A stretch of 63,119 bases of DNA, counting the filler, from Reclinomonas americana ATCC 50394 (Eukaryota), in NCBI GenBank assembly GCA_048213135.1. It is 13 parts of 13 records of this genome, joined end to end, with 100 filler letters (N's around TTAATTAATTAA, not from the genome) between each part and the next. Parts side by side here need not be neighbours in the genome. Positions count along the whole stretch, not along the records: positions 8,690 to 18,998 come from AFZH01019027.1; positions 19,099 to 24,194 come from AFZH01019029.1; positions 24,295 to 26,683 come from AFZH01019030.1; 10 more parts are not named here. The stretch is one strand, 5' to 3'. The notes beneath the pieces were generated by a model. It was not told the origin of the DNA, did not search any database, and saw nothing but the letters and a program-made list of their open reading frames with translations. Made by a program: the position numbers and the translations under genes. Positions 11,549 through 24,465 of the stretch are shown here, piece after piece; within the stretch, counting starts at the first letter, position 1, and each line of letters starts with the position of its first letter.

Positions 11549-14500
11549 ATGCTGCTGCGTCCGCTGCTGTTGAGCCTGGTGGCAGCGGCAGCCGCTCGAC
11601 CGCGAGTGCTCTCTGCCTCCTCGCCTTCTTCACTGTCGACATGCTGGTCACTGACGCAGCAGAGATGGTGGAGTGCATCACGTGCTCCGCGGACTCCTGC
11701 GGCCGGTGCGACTTCCACGACTGGTGGTGGCGCATCGATGGCCAGCGCGGCACTGTTGGCGCGCATTCGTCGCATGGTGGATCGTGGACAGTTGAAACAG
11801 GCACAGGCCTTGTGTAAAGACGCCACTGCCAAAGGAGTTTTGTATGCGAGGCCGTGTTGTTCTGTCGTCTCTCTTCTCCGCGCGTGTGTGTGCGTGTGTG
11901 CGTGCTGTGCGTGTGTTGTGCGTGCGTGTGTTTGTGGCTGACATGTTCGCTCTTGGTGGTGCAGGTCCGCGACCCTGAGATCGCTCGCACACTCAAGCGA
12001 CTCACGAAGGATCTGTCGTCGGAGAGCACTGTCGTGGCTGCGACAGTTGCTGCAGACGATGGAGGAGGAGGAAGTGATTCATCTGCAAATGTCATCGAGT
12101 CGACGCCGTCTGTGTTGTCCTCGTTGTCGATGACCGGTGGCGACTCTTCTCCTCCTCAGTCCTCTTCGTCTTCGTCTTCTTCTTCTCCTCCTTCGTCTTC
12201 GTCTTCATCGTCGTCGTCGTCTCCACCGCCGATCATTGTGTCGGAACATTATCGCGTGTCGGAGGCGGAAATGACCGAGTTCTTTGCGCGGCATCACATC
12301 AAGTATCGTGCGCGGGCCGATGAGGTTTGTGGGAGGGACTGGGGTGGAGGGTGGGTTTGCAGTCTCTTCCACAGCACAGGGCATTATGCAGCAGAGTACA
12401 GTGCAACACAGCACCGCGTAGTGCAGCGCAGCAGTGCTCATTGCGGCACAGCACGTGTGGCATCACACAGCATGTGCACTTCTCCGACAGCGCAGCATAG
12501 ACAGAGTCCTCAGTTGCACTTCGCTACACCGCTCTTCTTCTGGTGCTGTGTCGGTGCTTGCATTGCTGTGCGATGCCCTGTGCTGTACTGCATTTTACTG
12601 TAAGGCTCTTCTTCTGGTGTTGCGTCGGTGCTTGTATTGCTGTGCAATACAAGTGCAGTGCTGCACTTTGCTGTACCGTTCTTCTTCTGGTGTTGTGTCG
12701 GTGCTGTGCATGTGCCGTGCTGTACTTTTGCTTGTCGTTTTGTGCTGTGCTATGAAATACCAAGTGCGGTGCTGCACCGTGTTGCGCTGTGCTATACTGT
12801 GCCGTACTTTGCTTTTCGTGCTTTTCTCCGCCATACTTTGCTTGTCGTGCCGTTCTCACACATCCTCCTTGGCTTTCCCGTGGCAGTTCAACCTCTTCGA
12901 ATGCCCCACCTGTCCACCCCACAAGAACCAGCTCGACAATGTGTGGAAACTGTACGTGAACAAACTCAATGGCTCCTACTTTTGCCATCGCTGCGGCACC
13001 CGTGGCTCGTGGTGGAACTTTAAGCAGCTGTACAACTCTGGCATCTCAATCACGGACTGGAAAGGTCACGTCAGTCGCACGCACACGCGCACACGCACAC
13101 ACACACTTGTCGCTTCACTAACCCTCGTTGTTGTCTTCTTGTTGTCAACCACAGGCGCCACACCCGACGCACAGAAGCCCATTTACCCCGACGAATCCAC
13201 AGTCTCTCTCTACCCGGCGGCGCTGCAGTCGGTACATTCCTCCCTCCTTCTCCCTCCTCTCTCTCTCTCCCTCTCTCTCCCCCTCGCCCACCCTTGCTGA
13301 CACAGAACCCCGACGTACTGCAACGCCTCGCCGACGAGCGCCGACTGACCGCTCAAACTCTCGACTTTTACCGCGTCGGCCTCGCCACCTACTCCTTCAT
13401 GGACGACAAGGAGCGCAAGTGGGTGGAGCACGAGTGTCTCACCTTCCCGTGGATGGAACGCACGCGCCGCGGCTCCGACAAGTGGCGCACGATTCGGTTG
13501 AAGGTGCGCTCGCTGCTGCGCAAGGCATTCATGCGACTGGATCCGGCGGGCGGATCGTGGGGTCTCTTTGGGTGGCACACGGTGCCGGACGACGCCACGC
13601 AACTGGTGCTCACCGAGGGCGAATTTGACGCGCTCGCAGTGTACCAGGCGACCGGAATGCCGGCCGTGTCGCTCCCCAACGGGTGCCGATCGCTGCCGCT
13701 CGAGCTCATCAAGCAGCTGGAGCGTTTTGACCGCATCTACTTGTGGATGGACGATGATGTGCCTGGGCAAGAAGGAGCAGTGCAGTTTGCGCAAAAGGTG
13801 AAGTGGTGTATGAGAGAAAGAGTGAGTAGTAGATGTGGTCTCATTCGAGTGCGAGCAGCTGGGTCTGGAGCGCTGCTTCATTGTGCACGCCAAGGGCGAC
13901 CAACCGGATGGACCGAAAGATGCTTGTGAGGCGCTGGTGCGCGGTCTCGACCTGTCGGAGCGACTTCGTCAGGCGGCTCGCATCCCGCACCAGGCAATTC
14001 TCACCTTTGCCGATCTGAAAGCGGTGCGTGGTGTGCTGCGGATGGGGAGAGGGGCAGCGAGTGAGAGAGGCATCGAGCAAGGCGTTCTGTTGGTATCGTG
14101 TTGTTCTTCGCCTCACTTGCTGCGGCATCGCTGCTACAGGACGTGTTGCGAGAGATTCTGAATCCGGATCAGGTGGCTGGCGTGCAGAGTATGCATCTGC
14201 CGACGTTGAATGCCATTCTCAAGGTAACATTCCCCTCTCTTTACGACGCTGATTGCGTGTTGAGCAACTCATCCGCCGTCGCGCTCTCGCACAGGGTCAC
14301 CGCAGTGGCGAACTCACCATTCTGACGGGTCCCACCGGCATCGGCAAGACTACCATTCTCTCGCAAATGTCGCTCGACTACGCATCGCAGGGTGTACGCA
14401 CACTGTGGGGATCGTTTGAGATCAAGTTGCGCTGGCGTGCGTTCAGTGCACGTTGTGCGTTGCAGTGTGCTGACACGCGTCCAACAGAAACACTCGACTG

Positions 14501-15396
14501 GCGCGCACGATGATGACGCAGTTTGCTGCGGAGCCACTGGGACCGGCGAACTTTGAGGAGTGGGCCTCTCGTTTCTCCGAGGTGCCGATGTACTACCTCA
14601 AGTTCTTTGGCAGTACCGATGTGGACAAGGTTGGTCGGGCGTGGGATGATCTCGCACTTTGTTTCTTGCTATCTTTTGCACCCGCCTTCCATTCCCTGTC
14701 GCTTTCCCGTCTCCTCACCCTCCCCCTCCCTCCCCGCAGGTTCTCGACGCCCTCGAGTACGCGGCCTACGCCTACGACGTGCGCCATGTTGTCATCGACA
14801 ACATCCAGTTCATGACCAGTGGGCAGGCGTACGGCGCCGACAAGTTTGACATGATGGACCGCGCGATTGACAAGTTTCGCAATTTTGCCTCCTCCCGCAA
14901 CGTGCACGTCACGCTGGTGATCCACCCGCGGAAAGTCGACGACGAGGAACGCCTGGGCGTCAGCTCGGTGTTTGGCACGGCCAAGGCGACACAGGAGGCC
15001 GACAATATCATTATCGTGCAGCGAGGCACTGCGTTTAGGTGAGCCTTCCACGCGCTGTTGTCGCCCTTCTTAAGTGCTCAACACCCTTCGTCGCGCAGAT
15101 ATCTGGAGGTGAAGAAGAATCGCTTCGACGGTGAACTCGGTCGCATTCCGTTCCTCTTCGACAAGGCCACGTCGAAGATCTACGAACTGTCGTCGGAGGA
15201 GCAGCGACAGCTGGAGGCGCAGTACCAGCAGCAGTTGCAGGAGAGTGGTGAGTCGTCGCCCAGGTCGTCGTCGTCGTCGTCCTCGTCAATGTCGTGGTCG
15301 AATCGCTCGTCGGGCGGTCGCGGCACACGACGCAAGTACGCGTCGTCGCCCGGCAGTGCATCGCCCAGTGGCGGCGAGGGCACACTAATGACGTGA
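11549..15396 (+). CDS. TWNK: Mitochondrial Twinkle primase-helicase (T7 gp4-like, SF4)
   Basis: Arg/Ser/Leu-rich targeting peptide [19 protein letters not shown]. Zn-binding domain CPTC...[13 protein letters not shown] motifs [13 protein letters not shown] and WMDDDVPG. Walker [10 protein letters not shown], then [34 protein letters not shown] and KNRFDG. All introns read as GT-AG. Confidence 0.96.
12530..12725. repeat. Intronic minisatellite, ~73-bp unit x3, in Twinkle
   Basis: tcttcttctggtg(c/t)tg(t/c)gtcggtgct recurs at ~12533, ~12607 and ~12680. Confidence 0.8.
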
Positions 15397-15496
15397 TTGC
15401 GACTATTAAACACCTGCATATACAAGACAGAAGGCGAAAACTGCAGCGCGTCGATTGTACTTGTTATTACACACTCTGAGGCCGGCGGCGACCCCC

Positions 15497-16441
15497 TCAC
15501 TTGGTGTTCTTCCACTGGAAGTAGCCGGTCACAAACGCACCAAGCATGCCGAGCCATCCAATGACATCGTTCCGCAGACCAATGCCACCGGGAACGCCCC
15601 AGTGCACGGCCAGCACCAGATCGGCCGTCATCTTGGCCGACTTCCACCATGTGGCCCGTCGCTTCGCGCGCACCGTCTCCAGCTCATCGCGCAACGCCGC
15701 CACATTCTCCGACGGCGCCGCCGTGACAATCGAACGCTCCAGCTCGCGTTGCCTGGCCGCCGCCAACCGGTCGCGCAGCAACATGGACGAGATGTCCATG
15801 ACCAGGTTGACGACCCACAACCACATGGTGGCGAGCTCCACGGGCGTCGACACATGCTCTGGCATCGTGCCCGGGCTCATGTAGTTCACCCACAGCGCCA
15901 TCTCCAGTGGATTGTAGGCAATCATGCTGAGCGCCGATATGTCGTCGCAGCGTGAGGCCACTCGCAGGCGCCAATCCGACGACTGTCGCTCGGCATTCGG
16001 CGACGCCACCACCAGTGCATAGTCGATGCCCATGAAGAAGCGCAGACAGTAGCGCGTCATGGAGAGACCGCTGCCGACTTTTTGCACGGTGGTCAGAATG
16101 TGCTTGGCGCGCTCCGAGTTCGCCGGCATGTGTTGCGAGAGGTGGTAGGCTGTTCACACACACACAGCGCAGCGAGTAAGTAAAAAGAAAAAGATGCATT
16201 TCCCGCGCGTGTACGTGTGTGTCTTGTCAAACTGATGATCAGTGTGTGCGTGTGCATGTGTTAAGAAGGCGAGAGTGTGCGAGAAGACGCACACACACAC
16301 ATTCGCGTGTGGTGAGACGCAACAGACGATTTTGGAACCGTAGGCCAGAGAGCGATACACCTTGTCGGCTCCCCAAATTCCACTGAGGAAGCGCGAGAGA
16401 CGGCCCAGCGTCTGCAGTGCGCTTGAGGTGCTGTCGGACAT
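15497..16441 (-). CDS. PEX11: Peroxisomal biogenesis factor 11 (PEX11, gamma-like), 2 exons
   Basis: N-terminal FLSGIWGADKVYRSLAYGSK, SMTRYCLRFF, and C-terminal ADLVLAVHWGVPGG...GWLGMLGA are typical PEX11 features. Confidence 0.85.
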
Positions 16442-16874
16442 GGTCTGTGTGTTGGTGTGTGGGGCGGGCGTGCGCGAGCGAGAGAGGTGAAGCGGAGTTG
16501 AGAGGTGCGGAGATGCGCTCGCTCGGGACGTGGGACGAACATCTGCGGCCACGCCCAGCCTTTTCTCGAATTGAAGGCTTCCTTTCGTGCGTGGCCATTG
16601 TCGACAAGCTCGGCGACTGTCTGTTCCTTCTTCCACGAGGATTTTCCATCCAGCTCAAGCGATGACCTTCATCAGTTGATCAGTGAAGCTGCAGAAGACC
16701 ATGACCAGCATGTGATCAGTGAAGCTCCCCACAAGAACCACAAGCAAAAGACCCACTCTTTTCCAAGAGAATCGTCAGTCGTCAATCGCAAGAAACAAAC
16801 ATGCAACATTGATGGCCAAGTCCACCCTCCACCTTCTGTCACCATCACGCATCGATTGTTAGAATACACTCTCC

Positions 16875-18998
16875 CTACAGCGGCAATGCCATCTCCTTCT
16901 CCAGCACATCGGCGAGCACATGCAACAACTGCGTCTCCTGCGCGGCCTCCAATGGCACGCGCAGCAGGTGATCGTCGTTCTGTGCCTCCACGCGACTCGC
17001 ACCCACCACCTTCTCCAGCGCACGCCGACAGCGCACGGAATTGGCGGCCGCCAGCTCCACCAGACGAGTACGCATGTCGTCACCCGCTGGCAAATGGTCC
17101 ACCGCGTCTGTCGTGTCAAAATCGATAACCAGCTGGCCGCGCCGCAGTGCCACACTCGACGGCGGGCAGTCGACGAAAGCCTCGCCGAGAATGTTGTTCA
17201 GTGTGCGTGCCACCTGCTGCGGTGTGGACGGCGACGGTGGTAAGCCGACGGGACTCTGCGGTGACTCTGCGGATCGATACAGTGTTGTGTGTGTGAGTGG
17301 CTTGTTCTTGATGCACGCTCCCCCGGCCACTCACCCATCCACGATGTTGGCGACGTGATGGAATCGCGCACTCCCGCAATGATGGCATTGGTCTCACTCG
17401 TGCCCTCGCCCAGCCACTTGCAGAAGCACCGCACTGCCTGTTCACACGACGCGTCCAGCTCACTGTGCGCGCGTAGTCAGTCAATGATTCGCATGACATG
17501 GCGATACTTACAACACAACACACATTTGATCTTGTGTGCGCACACACGCACACACCACACACACACACGCAAGCACTCACACAGTTGCACACACACACGC
17601 AAGCACGCATACAGTTGCACACAGACGCACCCACCCACACACCACCCCCCCCCCCACCACACACAGACGCACAGACGCACACAGAGGCACACACACATTT
17701 TTGATCTTGCACACGCAGGCTCGAGTGCTCTCTGTCTCCCACTCTCTCCGTCTCACTTTCTCCTTCTCTCCTACTCTCCCTCCCTCTCACCGTTGCTGCT
17801 CCAGCTTCTTCTCCACCACCGACAGCGACTCCAACACAGACGGTTGCGGATTGTGCGCCGATGGGCTGAGCACCTCCAGCGCGGCAACCAGGCGACGCCG
17901 TTCAGAGCGCAGGGCCGCCAGGTCTCGTTGATTCTGCAAACAAAGGAATCAACAATGTGCTGAAAGAAGCTCTCACTCTCACTTCTCATACCTCCTTGAA
18001 CACCTCCAGCACCACCTCCCTCGACCTGAGCAATCGCTGCGCCCCGCCATCCTCGTCCTCCGAGGCCAAAATGTCGGAGTGTCGCGACACGGTCGTCTCG
18101 CATAGCTGATTGACTGTGTCGCGGAACCACGAGGCAAACGTGGCCTGAGGTGGCTTGAAGGGGTTGTCTTCGCCAGCGGCCGCTGCTGAAGCCGCGGCGG
18201 AAGACGACGTGGGTGACGACGCAGAAAACGACACTTGCTTCGGTGACGAGGGGCGACCCGATGCTCGACGATCGTCGCTCGGTTTCTTGACCTCGTTCAG
18301 CGTGTCCTTGCGCGCGAGAATGAGTTCCTTCTTGTTGTGCACGGCCATGATGAGCGAGTCCACGGTCTGTGCGCGTGAAGCAGCTGGCATGTCAGTCCCT
18401 GATTCCTTGCTGCGGTTGCCCTTGAGCACACTCACCGTCTCCTCCGTGTACAACAACTCCAGTCGTCGCTTGGCCTCACGCACCACAGCCTCCTGCTGCT
18501 CAATGGCCGCACGCACTGCGTCGTGCCGCGCCGACAGCATGCTCTCATCGGCCTCGCACTCCGACAGCGCCAGCGCCACTTCTTCGGCGGGCACAGCACG
18601 CCGTTCGGCGCGCGCCACAATGGCGCTCCACGTTTCGCTCTCTGCGCCCGTCGGTGGACGCCGCCAGTCCTCTGTGACGAAGCGACGCATAGTTTGTGAG
18701 GCCAGTGTGCGCGAGTCACCATGCGCTTGCATGTATCTGTGCATGAGAAAGACGGGAGAGACAGTGGTCAGCGACGGTTTGGCGAGAGGAACATCGCCAC
18801 ATGCACACGCAACGTCACGTCTCGGTCCTTTTCTGCGTTCTGCAGACCACGGTCGGAACGCGTCAGCGTCTGCGCCGTGTCGCGCCACTCGCTGAAGCGC
18901 GGTCGAACAATGTCATTCAGGTCGTGATGCATCTGAGCAAACACCTCTGCAGAAGACACAGATGGAGGGTCAACAATCTCCGTCAATCGTCGAGCAGA
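16875..18998 (-). CDS. Hypothetical coiled-coil-containing protein (multi-exon; 5' end in or beyond the gap)
   Basis: Protein-like exons (EVFAQMHHDLNDIVRPRF; AVRAAIEQQEAVVREAKRRLELL; VARTLNNILGEAFVD...DVLEKEMALPL*) are separated by GT-AG introns. No family recognised. Confidence 0.6.
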
Positions 18999-19126
18999 NN
19001 NNNNNNNNNNNNNNNNNNNNNNNNNNNNNNNNNNNNNNNNNNTTAATTAATTAANNNNNNNNNNNNNNNNNNNNNNNNNNNNNNNNNNNNNNNNNNNNGC
19101 GGGTTACGCATGGTTACACGACGCGG

Positions 19127-21369
19127 ATGGAATTGCAAGCTAAAACGAAGGGTTACCTCGCTTCTCTTTTCCTTCCTTACATGAGCGTTCCGCGTGATAT
19201 CCAGCTTGAAGGCGGCGCCTTCGAGTCGACCAGTTCGACGGTGATCAAGGCCAAGTACTTTCCGCAGTATTCGGCCGTGCTGGCCATCTCCACCATTGTC
19301 TCTTGCTACTTGATCTCGGGCGCCCTCGGACACACTCAGGTGAGCGCATCTGTCGCGAGAGAAAGAGGGAGAGAGCGGGAGAGAGGAAGGAGAGCGCGCG
19401 CGCGTGTGTGTGAGAAGTGTTGTTTTGGACGATGTTCATGATGATGGTCATTTGGCGCGATGAGTATGATGGGGGTCGCCGTGTCTGTGTGCACATGAGA
19501 GGTGAAGAGATGAGATGTGTGTGTATGAGAGAGAGAGAGAGGGAGAGGCAGTCATTTGATTGGGAGTCATTCACTGCTTCCTCTTTGTCATGCGTGCACG
19601 GACTCTCTGTTGTTCTCACTCTCCGCACGCACACACGCACGGACTCTGTTCTCTGCTACTCTGTGCGTGTGTGTGTGGCTTGCTGTCTGTCTCTCACCCT
19701 CCCTCTCTCGCTTTCTCACTTTCTCTCACACACACTTGCACACTTTGTCATCCTTCTTCACACTCCCTCTCCACTGTCACTTGCCACGACACATGCCATG
19801 ATCCACTCACTCACTCACTCTCTTGCGCGTCTTGTTTTGCTGACACAGTGGTGGCTGCCCGGTGAGTCTCGCTCCGCCCTTCTCTCTTTCCCAGCTCCCT
19901 TTTCCTCACTTCTCGCTGCTCAGACATTACGCACACGGCCATTAACATTCCGAGCTCGTACATTTTCCGCATTGGCATGCTGCCGTCGTCGTGTGCGCTG
20001 GCCGTCACCTGGTGGCTTGTTGCGTCGCTTGTTCTTCGCACACACACACGCATCTACATACTCGTCTGCGGCTCATCGTGTGCTCGCCAGACGTGCTCCA
20101 TGATTGACCGTCTGCGCCCGTCGGCGCCCACTGGCACCATCCTCGGACTCGGTGTGACGGCGTCGTGCTGCCTGATTGTGTCGTCGTCGGTGCTGGAGGC
20201 CGACGGTGTCTCGTGGACCGTGCATGTCGGTGCGTCTCTCGTTCTTTTTTCGCGTGTGTCGGTAGGTGCAGTGACTTACTGTTTGTGTCTTGCAGTGTGC
20301 GCCACCTCGTTCTTTGTGAGTGCAGCGTGGCGGCGTTCCACTCACTGCCACCATCACTCACTTGTTGTTGTGTGTGCTTCCATTTGTAGATTCTCACCTG
20401 GATCGCCCAGCTGTTGACGACGCTGTCGCTGCGCCAGGCGTACGCACGCGATCACACCTGCCTGTCGTCTGGCTCCATCAAGGCCAAGACCTCCCTCACC
20501 GTCATTGTGTTTGTGCTGCTGCTGGTGGATGCGTTCTCTGGCCTGCTGGCGGCGCACAGCAAGTTCCCGCTGGTGAGTGTGGGAGGAGACACAGTGGAGT
20601 GAGCGAGCGGCACTGTGTGTGTGTTGGTTTCAGTTCTGTTCTGGCTGTCGCAACCCTGTCTTGGGTGGAGACAAAGTGGAGTGACCGAGCAGCACTCCCT
20701 GTGGTCGCCAGGCTTGACGCAACCCTCTCTTATGTGGCACATTCTCCATTCTTCCTGTCTGAGTCGTATTCTAAGAGGCGCACAGGCAAACGACGAAGGG
20801 GAAGGGAAAGGCACAAGAGAGAAAGAAAGCATGCTACTTCCTGCGGTCGTTCATTCACTCCCTTACATTCACTCCTTGTGCCGCGTGAGCTCTCATTGCC
20901 CTTGTCTCCTTACCACTCCCTCCTCTTCAGTTATCATTCACGTTTCTGTTTCTCCTGGCCACCGTATCCCCTAATGTCGTCCTTTCTCTCCCTTTCCCCT
21001 TGTCTCCCTGCAGCACCTTCCTGTCACGTATCTTTCCCCATTTCTCTCTCCACTGTTTTCTTTCCACCATATCCACCTTCTCCTTCACTTCCTTCCTCCT
21101 TTCCCCCTGCCCTCCCTTCCCCTCTTCTCCTCACACCCTCTCTCACCCCCCACAGGGCAACGTGTGCGAGTGGACAATGACCATCCTCATCATTTCGTTG
21201 CGTTTCTTAATTCCGGCATGTTCTCCCCGCTCTCCACTCTCTTCCTCACTCCAACCGCAGCTACAATCTGACCTACATTGGCGACTTTGGCAACCGCCTC
21301 ACGGCCTCGGCGCTCTTTGCCAAGCCGTCGGCCGCCAAGCGCCTGGTGGATTCGTCGATTGCCATCTGA
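19127..21369 (+). CDS. Frag1/DRAM/Sfk1 (CWH43 N-terminal-like) multi-pass membrane protein
   Basis: Spliced translation reads AVLAISTIVSCYLISGALGHTQWWLPDITHTAINIPSSYIFRIGM...WTVHVVCATSFF...NVCEWTMTILIISYNLTYIGDF. It has about six hydrophobic helices and the family's P-x-I-S/T, H and EW motifs. Confidence 0.75.
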
Positions 21370-22290
21370 GAAAAGAACAGCGCGGAAGCAGTCCCTTGTA
21401 ACTTGAGTTGAAGGAGATCAATAACAGACACGCAATGTTTGCACCCCACCTCTTCGTGAGTTGTGCGGTTTATTGGGTGGATCGCTAGTCGGGCAACAAG
21501 CAAGCAAGTGTGTCTCATCGTCACCGACATGAAAAAGGCGCTTGTGCAAGCCGGAGCAACTGATGCCGACGCGTGAAAAGTAGCATGCGAGTTGAGATGA
21601 TCGCTCGTGAAGTTGTTGCCACAGTGTACGTTATGTAACAGCACAGTGTACCCACGGGTTCAGGGTTCGAGTGACGTCGATCGCCAGGATGGTGTCCGCC
21701 GGGACCCGTATTCGATTTCGATCTCGTCGCAAGAGCGATCGCAGTCGCACTCTTTCCTCTTTCCCCCCCGTCACACTTGAGCACTCGTTCACTGTACCTC
21801 TCCAGACAAGCTTTCTGCAGTCAAGGTTTGTGCGCTGCTCGTTCTTGTGTTCTCCTCGATCTTTCTTCACGCACTCTCATTCTCCCATTGTGTGCGCTCC
21901 ACCGATACACCCTTTCGACTCGCCCCTCCCCACCAGCGTACCTGTGCAATCCCCCTCTTCCGCCCCTTCCTTGCACATGTCTTGATTGTTCCGATGATCA
22001 CCACACTCCCTTCCCCTCGCAGCCTTTACCCTTGCACTCCTTCCCTCCCTCCCCCTCCCTCCCTCTCTCCCTCTCTCCCTCTCTCTTGCTCTCCTCATCG
22101 ACCCCCACGAGAACCCCCTCCCCGCACATTCGCTTCTTCCCAGTTTTTCGTCGTCTCCCGCATATTCCCCTTTCCCCACGTGCACACTCATCGCACGCCT
22201 CTGTGCTCCTCCCCCGGAAGCATTGGGGAGGTTGACTACCCCTGTGCACAGTGATTGCGTCAGCGACTGACACAATCCACACTTGTGCAG

Positions 22291-23965
22291 ATGTCTCGTC
22301 CGGATTCTCCGGCCTCTTTCCACTCGGCGCCTGATCGTCCGCCGGCTCGTGACGCCGCCAGTGTGCCGCCGCTCGTGTCAGTTGCGTGGCAACAGTGACA
22401 AGCCTCAAGCGATTTCCCCGCCCGCTCACTCACAATGCTTACGTCATCAGCAGGCGGAGCAAGCTCGCGCACGACCGCTACAGCCGTTGTATCGCCCACC
22501 GAGCTCTGCCTCGTATCACAGCTCCCGGTCGTTCCCCGAGTTCGCCATGCCTCCGACGCCGCCGCCCATGCGGTCTGAGGCGGTCGTGAACCGACCGGCT
22601 GCGCCAAGTTGAGTTGTCTCTGCGTCCTCTGCTGTCTGGGCGGAGTGAGCTCACTCTTGTGTGACTTTCACAGCTCCCGACGCGACCCCGACCAAGCTCC
22701 CTCCGTCGGATTCGCCACCGGACGACCGTGGCCACGACAGACGACGCCGTGGTGGCGGTGGCGATGGTCGTCGTGGTCGAGCAGGTGGTGCTGGTGGTGG
22801 AGCGCGAGGTTCTGGCGGCGGCGCCATTGTGCCCGTACGCAACGCCGCCAACAACTACAACAACGTTCCCGGTCGCGAGTTGATTCCGCGCGATCCGAGT
22901 CCCGAAGTCGTGCAGGTGTGTTCAGATAATCATGACATGGTTTTCCTCTCAGCTCATCACGTCTCTCGCAGCGTTCCTACGGCTCCTCGCCAACGTGGAA
23001 CGATGCCGATCGCCGACAGGTAGCGCGACGCGACTATCCGCACGACAGAGACTGGGCGCTGTCGGCCATGGACGACGTGGAGCGTGTCGGTCAGTCCATG
23101 ATGCAACGCATGCACAGCACCATGGAGAGTTGCGTGCAAAGGACTGCGTGTGTGAGTCGCGATGCATTGTCTCACTGTCTCTCTCGCTATCGCTGCCGCA
23201 CAGACATGTTCAGCAACATGCAGCGTGCATTCGCCGACGTAAACCTCGGCGATCCGGACGCACTGTGGGACTCCATGGCGCCGAGTCGTGAACCGCTGCG
23301 CATGCAGGCCAGTTCGCCATCGAAGCCCTTGCGTTGCTTCACGACCACACGTACCACGCGTGGCACTGGAGGGGTGTGTGTGTGTGCATACGCGGCGCGA
23401 TGCGAGCGCTGAAACCGTGGCAGTGTGCTCACCGTCGTTGTGTGCGCTCAGGTGATTGAGACGGAGCGCATCAGCAAGGACTATGAGGCAGGCACGGAGC
23501 AGCGAGTTGCGTGGCCTGCCAAAGTGCCTTTGTCAATCGATGTAGTGCTGACGTTGTGCTGCACAGTGGGTGAAGCGCGAGGCGAACGGAGCGGCGCACA
23601 CAGTGGTGAGTGAAACGCTGAGGAATTCGCCAGCCAGACAACAGGTGTGCTCACTGACCGGTTCGTGAACAGGGCTACGTTCGCGATGCAAGCGGGCGCG
23701 ACGAGACCATTGACTACGTGGAGAACATGGACGAAGGTTTGCTTGCCACCTTGCTTGCTTGGAAAGACTCTTTTTTTTTTTTCGAACGTCGCGTGCAGCC
23801 CATCGCACCCAATTCGACGACGCCTGGAACGCCACGTACGAGCACTCGCTGCCGGCGTGGAGCCGGCGCAACCACCCCGAGTACCGCGCTCTGCAGCAGC
23901 AGACATCGCCGCCGTCCGTCATGCGCCTGCCGGCCATCACCGCCAGCGCCAGCGGACGCCGTTGA
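22291..23965 (+). CDS. Myeloid leukemia factor (MLF)-like protein with Pro/Gly-rich N-terminus (start uncertain; possible upstream exon ~21689)
   Basis: Met-rich segment MMQRMHSTMENMFSNMQRAF. The C-terminal GGVIETERISKDYEAGTEQRWVKREANGAAHTV...DETIDYVENMDEAHRTQFDDAW resembles the MLF domain. Confidence 0.65.
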
Positions 23966-24465
23966 TCGACAGGCAACAACGAATGACAAGAAGAAGAACA
24001 GCAAGAGAAGAGTATGGCGGTTGTAAACATGTGTTTGACGCAACTCAACGATTTCACCAGCTGGTGGGCACAAAGCAATCACGAGAGCCGGCTTGCAAAT
24101 TGGTTCTCTCTCCGAACACTCCGTCACTTCTCTCTCTCTCTTTTGTTTCACGCACGCACAAGTTGCGCACTCTCTCTCTCTCTCTCTCTCACTCNNNNNN
24201 NNNNNNNNNNNNNNNNNNNNNNNNNNNNNNNNNNNNNNTTAATTAATTAANNNNNNNNNNNNNNNNNNNNNNNNNNNNNNNNNNNNNNNNNNNNACGACC
24301 GAACTACACACGAGACGGCGTCGTCACTAGTTCGTCTCTCTACACTCTCACTCTCTCTCTCTCTTTCTTTCTTACGCACGCACAACTAGTCGCGCACTCT
24401 CTCTCTCTCTCTCTCACTCCTCCTCTCTCTCTCTCTCTCTCTCACTCACTCTGACTCCCTCACAG

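Noticed and set aside
12530..12725. Spaced direct repeats resembling a mini CRISPR array (also 27340-27760 and 42580-42835)
   Set aside because: The repeats are degenerate, the spacers resemble each other, the context is eukaryotic intron or intergenic DNA, and there are no cas genes. They are minisatellites.
11549..16441. Possible stop-codon reassignment or selenocysteine
   Set aside because: The conserved genes I spliced read through without in-frame stops, and TAA, TAG and TGA all occur as termini in the window.
24295..24420. Apparent duplication of 24110-24194 across the gap; odd tacg-rich sequence at 38917-38990
   Set aside because: These look like degraded low-quality read ends (pyrosequencing-like) at contig edges.
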